A DNA stretch of 14,081 nt from Calditrichia bacterium (GTDB lineage Bacteria; Calditrichota; Calditrichia; RBG-13-44-9). The notes beneath the pieces were generated by a model that worked only from the letters and a program-made list of their open reading frames with translations, ran no database searches and had not been told where the DNA came from. Within the stretch, counting starts at the first letter, position 1. Each line of letters opens with the position of its first letter. The translations under genes were made by a program, and so were the position numbers. Of this stretch, positions 1 to 7,376 are shown in pieces. Location: contig JARRQT010000164.1 in NCBI GenBank assembly GCA_037381445.1, forward strand, positions 1 through 14,081, given 5' to 3'.

Positions 1-2
1 AA

Positions 3-488
3 AAAGAAGTGGAAAAGGGTAACTTCCGGGACGATCTGTATTACCGCCTTAATGTCATCGAAATCAATCTTCCGCCCCTCACCGAGCGCACGGACGACAT
101 ACCGCTGCTGGTGAATCATTTTCTGGATAAATACAACCGGGAATTAAACCGCCAGGTACGGGGCGTGGATGAGGAAACCCTGAAAATTTTAATGAATTAT
201 GACTGGAAAGGCGGGATCCGGGAGCTGGAGAACGTGATAGAGCGGGCGCTCATTTTGTGTGAGGATGATATCATTCAGAAGCAAGATCTGCCGCCAAATC
301 TCATCCGGGCGGAAATGCCGCCGGACAGGCCCGCGAAACTTAAAGAAGCGGTGGCCGTTTTTGAGAAGGAGCACATCACCCGCATCCTGAGAAATATGCA
401 GGGCGATAAGGAAGAAGCGGCTAAAATGCTGGGAATCAGCCTTAGTTCGCTGTACCGGAAAATTGATGAGCTGCAGGTCGAGGTCTGA
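3..488 (+). CDS. Sigma-54-dependent transcriptional activator (NtrC/Fis family), 3' part only; 5' end lies outside the window
   Basis: Frame is open from the window edge (AAA GAA GTG...). Contains the late AAA+ motifs FRDDLYYRLNV, LPPLTERTDDIPLL and YDWKGGIRELENVIERA, plus a C-terminal Fis-type HTH (AAKMLGISLSSLYRKI). Stop TGA at 486-488. Confidence 0.95.
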   Translation, partial: KEVEKGNFRDDLYYRLNVIEINLPPLTERTDDIPLLVNHFLDKYNRELNRQVRGVDEETLKILMNYDWKGGIRELENVIERALILCEDDIIQKQDLPPNLIRAEMPPDRPAKLKEAVAVFEKEHITRILRNMQGDKEEAAKMLGISLSSLYRKIDELQVEV

Positions 489-513
489 ACCTTCTTTCTG
501 ATGCGCCGCCGGA

Positions 514-1560
514 TTATGGCATTCCGTCGAGAAACAGCCGGAACTCCTCCGCCACCGACTCCGGGGCTTTATCGATCATCGATTCCAGATGGAATTTTTC
601 AAAGAAGGCCACATCATTGCGGTAATCATCCGCGAATACCGGGCGCGTCGCAATTTTCAAAAAGCCCGGCATGATTCTTCCCTGCTTCGGCCCGCCGACC
701 GGTGCGGAGAAGAGAGTCATATTAAAACTGTTGTGCCGGATGGATGCGTAATATTGAAGAACGGTGCGGATTCCCTTTGCAGTATCCTGCAGGACTTTTT
801 CATCCAGTTCTGGATAGCTCTGACCTTCACCCACAATCGCGTTCACCTCATTAAATCCGGTGGGCGCAAAAGGGGTAAACCAGAAAGTATTTTCATTTTC
901 GAAAAGAAACCGGGGCCCTTCCCTTTCCGCTTCCCGCAGTTCCTTCCAGAAATCCGTCCCTTTTTCCATTTTAAATTTGCGGGTTTTGTTCAGCAGGTCC
1001 CGGTGGAGGTTGGTGGGAACAGTGTCCATAAACGGCTGAAGGTGGGGATGCAGAATGCTGCTGCCCGCCGGAAGCAGATAGTTCCAGTTGACCGTGGGAT
1101 ACACTGTTTCCTCCCGCGAACCGGCACACAATCGGAAATACTGCCGGCAGGCCTTCAATGCATTGAATATGAGTTGTTCGGTGAAAGCATCAATCGCGAT
1201 ATAATGCTCTTTGGAGAAAATGCAAACCGCGCTGTACTTCCCGAATCCCGAGAGGTTCGGAAAGAGCAGTGCCTCGCCCGCCTGAATCCGTCCGGGTTCA
1301 TAAACATCGGCGGGCAGCATGGGCGTCTGATTCTCCACTTTTCCCGCGCAGAAGAAGCAGGGTTTGGAATTCCGGACATAGGGTTCAAGCGGATCATCCG
1401 CCGGCACCTTGTCAAGCCCTTTCGGTTTGCCGATCCGGCAGTGGTGCCCCAGCAGGGGATCAGTCCGGATTTCGATGGTTTCCTCGCTGACCCCGAAATC
1501 TTTCAGGGGGTTTCGTATCCTTGATTGGACGAGTTCCCTGTGAAATTGAATGGCACTCAT
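514..1560 (-). CDS. galT: Galactose-1-phosphate uridylyltransferase-like nucleotidyltransferase (GalT/HIT superfamily), 348 aa
   Basis: Catalytic H-P-H-x-Q motif (GSSILHPHLQ; HPHLQ at 1036-1050), EIRTDPL, Zn-type CFFC, FPNL and PFAP motifs, C-terminal PESVAEEFR. ATG at 1560 is preceded by GGAGA (RBS-like) and is preferred over the 1602 start in the ORF track. Family call is strong; true galactose specificity is uncertain. Confidence 0.8.
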   Translation of the reverse strand: MSAIQFHRELVQSRIRNPLKDFGVSEETIEIRTDPLLGHHCRIGKPKGLDKVPADDPLEPYVRNSKPCFFCAGKVENQTPMLPADVYEPGRIQAGEALLFPNLSGFGKYSAVCIFSKEHYIAIDAFTEQLIFNALKACRQYFRLCAGSREETVYPTVNWNYLLPAGSSILHPHLQPFMDTVPTNLHRDLLNKTRKFKMEKGTDFWKELREAEREGPRFLFENENTFWFTPFAPTGFNEVNAIVGEGQSYPELDEKVLQDTAKGIRTVLQYYASIRHNSFNMTLFSAPVGGPKQGRIMPGFLKIATRPVFADDYRNDVAFFEKFHLESMIDKAPESVAEEFRLFLDGMP

Positions 1561-1685
1561 GTTATCTCCGGATATTTGTCGATATGAATTATGATTGCAC
1601 AACTGACCGCAGCATGCTGTGATTCAGGTAAACAAGGTATAATTCAGAGGTTATTTTCGAATGATTATTTCATTCATGAAGTGGT

Positions 1686-2555
1686 TCAATCCTGAAACTG
1701 GTTGACATACTCGGCCAAATTCAGAAAACGGCAGTCCTGCCCTTTCAGATACTCAATAAATTTCTCAAACCTGGAGCGGGTCCTGGAAAGTCCGTAGTAA
1801 TGCCTGAACCGATAATTCAGCTTGATATTCTTTATCCTTTCCTGCCCGGGTTCAAATTCCCAGGGATGCAGATAAAAGCTGTACACATTATCGATGGCGA
1901 TCTTTCGTTTTACCAGATTTCTGAAAACACGGGCCGGCAAGATCCTGAAATAAGCGCCGCCACCAATGGGAAAGTTATAATTCAATAGGGGTACCACCGA
2001 TATGGGGATCTCATAAATTCCCTGCCTGGTCCTGTAGCACCCGTTGCTGACTTTGGCCAGATTGCCGTCGATATGGCCGTATCTTTTATTCAATTTGAAA
2101 GGATTAAAACTGGAATCATACCGGAAATCCAGTTTTTTCAGAATATTCAGCACCCGGTCGTCCACGGAAAAACTGGGGGCGCGGTAGCCGCTGACCTTTT
2201 TCCCGATGATACCTTCCAACGTTGATTTAGATTTTTGGATATCCTCAAGTAACTCGTCTTCCTTTAGAATATAGGTCAAATCATGATTATCACCGTGGCA
2301 GGCCACCTCATGCCCGGCCCGGCTGATTTTTTCCACAAGTTCGGGGTAGCGCTCTGCAATCCATCCCAGAACAAAGAAAGTGCCTTTTACATTATACTCA
2401 TTTAATATATCCAGAATGACGGCCGTATTTTGATTGACGCTGCTTTTCCGGCTCTCCCAATCGGATTTTCGAATGGCCCCTTTCAGATTTTCCACCTGAA
2501 ACCATTCTTCGATATCGAATGTAAGCAGACAGTGGTTTTCTGGTTGTGTATTCAT
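1686..2555 (-). CDS. Polysaccharide deacetylase (CE4/NodB), XrtA/PEP-CTERM-locus-like subfamily with DUF3473-type C-terminus
   Basis: Motifs LTFDIEEWFQVEN, GTFFVLGWIAERYPELV, GHEVACHGDNH (metal HxxxH), GYRAPSFS, YDSS, GGGAYFR and FYLHPWEFEPGQERI. ATG at 2555 (MNTQPEN) puts motif 1 near the N-terminus as is usual; the longer 2621 start is less likely. Confidence 0.9.
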   Translation of the reverse strand: MNTQPENHCLLTFDIEEWFQVENLKGAIRKSDWESRKSSVNQNTAVILDILNEYNVKGTFFVLGWIAERYPELVEKISRAGHEVACHGDNHDLTYILKEDELLEDIQKSKSTLEGIIGKKVSGYRAPSFSVDDRVLNILKKLDFRYDSSFNPFKLNKRYGHIDGNLAKVSNGCYRTRQGIYEIPISVVPLLNYNFPIGGGAYFRILPARVFRNLVKRKIAIDNVYSFYLHPWEFEPGQERIKNIKLNYRFRHYYGLSRTRSRFEKFIEYLKGQDCRFLNLAEYVNQFQD

Positions 2556-2726
2556 AAAATTTTCTTCAATTTCCAGTTCGTTAATTTGATTTAAAACAAT
2601 TGACCCAATGAATAGCAGCAAAACCGGCCGAAAAGAATGATTTCAATTTATACGTTTGTCATGTCTAAGGTTCCCTGTAGTTCCTATCTTTATTAAACAC
2701 AATCCATAATGCCGATGAATTTAGTC

Positions 2727-3821
2727 CTATAATTTTGTAAAATTCCTCATGACCTTAAACAGCATCTGTGGAGAGCCAAGCATGTTTGTATAACTCGCAT
2801 TCGCCAGGGGACAGTAACATTCTTTGTCGCGTATGCTTTTTCTTATCCTGGCTGCCTGCGCACTTTTCCAGACTTTTCCAAAATCATAGTTATTATCGCG
2901 TAAATTTCCCATAGAATCTCCACGGATACAACAGGGCCACACTTCACCATCCGGTGACACCTGTGCAGACATTATGCCGGCGAAGCAGGGAATTACCTGG
3001 ATTTGCTGTTGAAGAATGTTTTTTACCAATTGGTAATATTCCAAACGAAAAGCTTTCGCAATTTTCGCAACTCCATTGGTACTTTCCTGCTTCATTTCCT
3101 CCCTCAAAAAGTCAATTGCTCCGGAATATTTCTCATAGCCAGGCGTAATACCCTCACCAATTGTCCCCAATTCCACCCGCTCTTCGGCGATTTCGGTAAT
3201 ATATGAATCTGGTTCAAGTCGAATTAATTCCCGGTAGATGTCCTTAAATTCACCCACATTAAAATTTGAGATAACTGTGTGAATTCCCACAGTAAAATTC
3301 GGATATTTTCTCAATTCTCTGAGCCCTTCATAGGTTTTCATGGCCCTTTCAAAATTTTTTGGGAATCCCCGGATTTCATTATGCTTTTCCCCTATCTGAT
3401 CAAGAGACAAATTGATAATGATTTCGGAATTCGGGCAACTATTGATGATCTCTTCGGCCAATCCGGGGATACGCTGGTATAAACTCCCGTTCGTGGGGAT
3501 ATTTATGATCCCGGGTTCGCAATGATCATATGCCTTCTTAATAATTTGGGCGATATCCTGCCGCAAAAAGGGTTCTCCGCCGCTGAAAGTGAACCAATAG
3601 GGGGCTTTTCCCAACGATGCAAACAATTTATCATATTCCTCTATAGTAAAATTATCAACCCGCTTCAGATATACATTACAGGTGCGGCAGCGGGAATTGC
3701 ATGAATACAACAAGCTGATGGTGATATTAACCGGATGCATCATGGGCAAGCCCAGCGCACGAAAGGCATGAAATGCCGGAATTTTTGATAACAAATGCAC
3801 TTTTTTAATTAAATCATTCAT
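2727..3821 (-). CDS. Radical SAM protein with C-terminal SPASM/twitch auxiliary Fe-S domain
   Basis: CxxxCxxC (CNSRCRTC, 3678-3701), SGGEPFLR, PTNG, LSLD...HNEIRG; C-terminal PCFAG...VSPDGEVWPCC...MGNL...ECYCP. AAGGGA upstream of ATG 3821. Confidence 0.92.
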   Translation of the reverse strand: MNDLIKKVHLLSKIPAFHAFRALGLPMMHPVNITISLLYSCNSRCRTCNVYLKRVDNFTIEEYDKLFASLGKAPYWFTFSGGEPFLRQDIAQIIKKAYDHCEPGIINIPTNGSLYQRIPGLAEEIINSCPNSEIIINLSLDQIGEKHNEIRGFPKNFERAMKTYEGLRELRKYPNFTVGIHTVISNFNVGEFKDIYRELIRLEPDSYITEIAEERVELGTIGEGITPGYEKYSGAIDFLREEMKQESTNGVAKIAKAFRLEYYQLVKNILQQQIQVIPCFAGIMSAQVSPDGEVWPCCIRGDSMGNLRDNNYDFGKVWKSAQAARIRKSIRDKECYCPLANASYTNMLGSPQMLFKVMRNFTKL

Positions 3822-3927
3822 TTATTAAAGATCCCTTTATCTCTAAAATTATCATACACCATCAAATAGTCTTCCCTCATCGCGAAGGATGGATGATGAA
3901 TGGCTAGGTTACCACAACTAATCTTTT

Positions 3928-6096
3928 CTATTTCAGAAGCAGTAATTTTTTGGTCATTGTCAGGCCGTCATATATAAGCCTGTAGACGTAAGTACCAGAT
4001 GCAACCGGATGTCCGAATCGATCCAGCCCGTTCCATTGAATCTTATTGATACCTGCAGAAGGATTGTCAAATTCGAAACGTCGGATTTCCTGTCCAAGCA
4101 AATTATATATGACAAGGGTTGCTCCGCCGGTCCCCCTGCTGCCAAATGAAACCGGGATAGTCGTGTTCATGTTAAAAGGATTCGGATAGTTCTGCCCCAA
4201 GCCGATTTTTGTTGAGAGGATCTCCGGACCTTCAAATCCTGTCACTGTCACTTCCAGAATTTCGTGTTCAATTCTACGGTTATTAAAATCCACATCAACA
4301 AGCTTATAATAATAGGTGTTTCCTAAGATAACTGAATTATCCCGATACGCATAAGATTTCCCGGTATTGGAATTCCCCAGGCCCCTGAGTGCATCGTTTG
4401 ATTTATAGTCGCTGAGCAGAACAAACTGGCTGTCCAATTTGGAGGCACGCCATAATTCGAAACCCGCATTTTCAATTTCACTGGCCGTTTTCCACTCAAG
4501 ATTTACCCCATTATCAACAATCTGATAATTGAAAGCATAAAGCTGAACCGGTAGTGAATTGTCAGGTGAAGTTGAACCGAGGGTCCATTTGGAAAAGGGA
4601 TGAAATTCACTGGTAATTCCAGTTACGGTAATTTTCTGATTTGACTCATCAACATTTTGGGTTGATCCGGCAATTTCCCAGCTAGATGCCGCATCATTCC
4701 AAAGACAAATGACAAGGTCCCCGGGCGTGTTAATTGCTGACCACTCACCCACATAATCCCGGCCGTAATAGAAATCAAGTGCAGCAGTGTAATCCGTTTT
4801 TAGTGTGGTGATAGTATAAAAACCGCGCTGCGCGATGTGATCGATACCCATCCCGAGTGCATTCTGTTGCGGTGTTGTTCCGGCATTATAAAAGACTGTG
4901 ACCTGTTCTTGTTCATTACTGCTGGAAAAATCGATCTCTACATTGCCATTCCAGAAAGATACCGGGGGAATGTCCCCACTGGCAAGCATTTGATCATCCT
5001 CTTGATCATTCACAAACCAGGCAATTTCATTTGCATTTTGAGCAGAAGCGAGCACATCCGTGTCGCCATCGCCATCGAAATCGAGCGGATAATTATAATA
5101 GGCATAGGAGAAATTATTGGTAATAATATGTTCCAAGAATTGTTGCAGACCATTATTTTCGAACCAGGAGATAGTGTTCGATCCATCCGCAGCACCAACC
5201 ACATCAGTATCTCCATCACCGTCTATATCGATTCCTTTGGCGTTCCGGGCATCCCAGAAATTTGAAGTAATAACTTGCTCGGCGCCAAAATTCCCAGACC
5301 CATCATTTTTCCACCAGGATATTTTATTGTTGGAATTATTACTCGTATTTGCCCCCCAGGCCGCGGCAAGAGCATCCGGAATGCCGTCACTATCAATGTC
5401 TACCAATTCAACACTGTTAGCACCAATATAATCATTCTGTATTCCATGCCTGATCCATCCGCCATCCAGCGGCGTTCCGTCATTTTGCCACCAGCTTACA
5501 TCATCACCTCCCAGAAACGCGCTGCCAAGGATATCCATAAAATTATCACCATTAATAAATCCGGGTGCGATATCCACTGCATTGGTATAGGTGATTGTTG
5601 TTATATCATTCTCAATAAAATTGCCTAAACCATCTCCTTTAAACCATACGAGACGGTTTTCCATTTCCCCATAGGAGGCAAGAATATCCAGAAATCCGTC
5701 GTTATCCAGATCGGCAATTTTCAGAGAATAATTGTTGGTGGCTGGATAGGAACCAATACTATCAGGTACCCAATTTCCTGCTGAATACTGCCAAAGGACA
5801 ATTCTTTTTCCATCCTGGCTGCCTGCAACGATTTCCAGGAAATCACCTGGAATCAGATCACCGGCACAAACACAACGAGCTGTTGAATAGGAACTGGAAA
5901 GAGTATGCTGAAGAAAGCTTCCTGATCCATTGTTCTCGTACCAGACCACATTGCTCCATGAGTCCGAACTGCTTGCAGCAGCGACAACATCAATGTCACT
6001 ATCGCGATCGATATCGGCCGGAAAGAGTTTTTTGGCAAGCTGCAAGGTATCTGAAATCGTATATTTTGTAAATCGCGGCTGCACCTGAGCCATCAT
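3928..6096 (-). CDS. FG-GAP/VCBS-repeat beta-propeller protein with C-terminal T9SS type A/FlgD-Ig-like sorting domain; signal peptide apparently missing
   Basis: Seven DxDxDGxxD-like repeats each followed by W(Y/F/W)xNxG-like motifs; then an LPVQL...WKTASEIENAGFELWR Ig-like module; then GQNYPNPFN...IYNLLGQEI...WNG...VASGTYVYRL...TKKLLLLK C-terminal domain. Confidence 0.88.
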   Translation of the reverse strand: MMAQVQPRFTKYTISDTLQLAKKLFPADIDRDSDIDVVAAASSSDSWSNVVWYENNGSGSFLQHTLSSSYSTARCVCAGDLIPGDFLEIVAGSQDGKRIVLWQYSAGNWVPDSIGSYPATNNYSLKIADLDNDGFLDILASYGEMENRLVWFKGDGLGNFIENDITTITYTNAVDIAPGFINGDNFMDILGSAFLGGDDVSWWQNDGTPLDGGWIRHGIQNDYIGANSVELVDIDSDGIPDALAAAWGANTSNNSNNKISWWKNDGSGNFGAEQVITSNFWDARNAKGIDIDGDGDTDVVGAADGSNTISWFENNGLQQFLEHIITNNFSYAYYNYPLDFDGDGDTDVLASAQNANEIAWFVNDQEDDQMLASGDIPPVSFWNGNVEIDFSSSNEQEQVTVFYNAGTTPQQNALGMGIDHIAQRGFYTITTLKTDYTAALDFYYGRDYVGEWSAINTPGDLVICLWNDAASSWEIAGSTQNVDESNQKITVTGITSEFHPFSKWTLGSTSPDNSLPVQLYAFNYQIVDNGVNLEWKTASEIENAGFELWRASKLDSQFVLLSDYKSNDALRGLGNSNTGKSYAYRDNSVILGNTYYYKLVDVDFNNRRIEHEILEVTVTGFEGPEILSTKIGLGQNYPNPFNMNTTIPVSFGSRGTGGATLVIYNLLGQEIRRFEFDNPSAGINKIQWNGLDRFGHPVASGTYVYRLIYDGLTMTKKLLLLK
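5004..6090 (-). repeat. Protein-level tandem FG-GAP/VCBS repeats (7 copies, about 50 aa each)
   Basis: ADIDRDSDIDVVAA, GDLIPGDFLEIVAG, ADLDNDGFLDILAS, GFINGDNFMDILGS, VDIDSDGIPDALAA, IDIDGDGDTDVVGA, LDFDGDGDTDVLAS. Confidence 0.85.
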
Positions 6097-6152
6097 ATTT
6101 GAAAATCATTTCTATCCCATTTCAGTATTTTTCGCCAGCATAAGTTTTTCTT

Positions 6153-7365
6153 TTAAGTTCTAATAAGTCCGTACAGAAAGAAAGGATTTATATAAAAATT
6201 TTTGGACAGCGGTCTTCCATAGAGAGAAATAAAAAGATTTTTGTGAAATTTACCCTCATTACATTTCCGAAACATATTATCCATATTTTGGGAATTACTC
6301 ATACATTTTCGCATGCGTTTTACTACTTGGTATCCGGCCATAAAAAATTCCCTTTAAAAGACTGATAAGCCTGTAAATCAAGCCTCCACAATTTTCCGCT
6401 ATTTAATGCCCGAAAATGGATCGCCTCTGCTTTCTTACCGCGCATCGTGGCGCAATAGATTCCGCACATGTCAGTGGATTATTAAATGCGGCTGCGTCTC
6501 CAATGAGAAGACCAGCATAAAAACAAACATTCGCACCCCTATTTCCTGCCAGAACTGGATGTCTTCTTGGCTGTATGGGAAGTTCAATTCCGGAGAGAAT
6601 CGATTTTATATTCACATTTTCCCCTAACAAATAGAAAAACATCTTCTTAATAATCATTCCATTTTTCCGGCAAGTGATATCAACCATTAGACCAATATTT
6701 GTCCGCTTTCCGGATATTGGGAAAATCCAGAAATAGCCGGCAGTACAAATGCGATCATACAAAAGATACGCAGTCGGCTCAAAATTCCCATTTGTTACAT
6801 AAGCCCGAATTCCATCAATTTTTTGTTCTTGCCATTGAGACTTTGATCCAAGCAATCTGTGCACCTGAGAATGGTTTCCATCTCCAGCAAGTAATATGGT
6901 TGTTTTCACTGTCTCAATAGTTCTGGTTCAGACGTGTTCCAACTCAAGTGTGCATCTTCTGTGTTGATAGTTTAAATTTTTAAGTGAAAGTCCATCCGGA
7001 GCATGCACTCCTGTTTTTCGGACACGCCGCCAAAGCATGTTATCAAAATAATTTCGCCGGATACGAAAACTTTTTGTTCTAATTTGAGGTTTCTCATTAG
7101 AATATTTAGGTTGGATGCCCCCGGGAGTATACAAGTCCATGTTGTTGATCTCATAACCAATATTTTGAATCTGGTCCGAGGGAATATTCATCTCCTCAAG
7201 TAGTTTCAGCGCCTTCAAGGGGATCCCACGCAACAGACTTTGTCCCATGGAAAAACCGCTTAATCGATCACAATGTTTGAACTCCCGCCCGTGCATGATG
7301 CCAGGCAGCAGTACTGCCAGCGGGACCAGAACGCCCACAATGACCACATCATAGAACCTATTCAC
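6153..7365 (-). pseudogene. Geranylgeranyl reductase-family FAD-dependent oxidoreductase, pseudogene with several frameshifts and premature stops
   Basis: Reassembled across frames: YDVVIVG / SGPAGSTAAWHHARAGVQTL / ID*AVFPWDKVC / GIPLKALKLL...RRNYFDNMLW...* ...LAGDGNHS...GYFWIFP...LIGDAAAFNNPLTC / GIYCATMRGKKAEAI...QAYQ. Frameshifts at about 7332, 7270, 7230 and 6465, and probably about 6350; stops TAA 7262-7260 and TGA 6930-6928. The 3' end at 6153 assumes the 6153-6341 ORF is the C-terminal piece (less certain). Confidence 0.85.
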
Positions 7366-7376
7366 TCATTCAAACT

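Noticed and set aside
489..530. Bidirectional terminator between the convergent genes
   Set aside because: Only a weak CGGA/TCCG stem overlapping the stop codon, without a convincing U-tract.
589..1524. 311 aa + strand ORF
   Set aside because: Entirely antisense to the motif-supported GalT-like gene, with no recognisable motifs; shadow ORF.
2615..2640. Sigma-54 promoter (CGGCCGGTTTTGC on - strand) upstream of the deacetylase
   Set aside because: GG-to-GC spacing is 8 nt rather than the required 10.
3850..3925. Terminator or RNA element between the FG-GAP and radical SAM genes
   Set aside because: Only 4-5 bp stems (TCATC/GATGA, CTTC/GAAG); not distinguishable from chance.
4837..5628. Several 100-140 aa + strand ORFs
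   Set aside because: Antisense to the FG-GAP gene with no motifs; shadow ORFs.
6153..6909. 168 aa and 62 aa ORFs as independent genes, or the 62 aa ORF as a RiPP precursor
   Set aside because: They fit as collinear middle and C-terminal pieces of the GG-reductase pseudogene.
6928..6930. In-frame TGA as selenocysteine or recoding
   Set aside because: It lies in a non-catalytic region of a gene with many other lesions, and TGA is a normal stop elsewhere in the window.
6928..7365. 145 aa ORF with an apparent hydrophobic N-terminus (VVIVGVLVPLAVLL)
   Set aside because: The hydrophobic stretch results from a frameshift in the GxGPAG motif; this is a pseudogene fragment, not a membrane or secreted protein.
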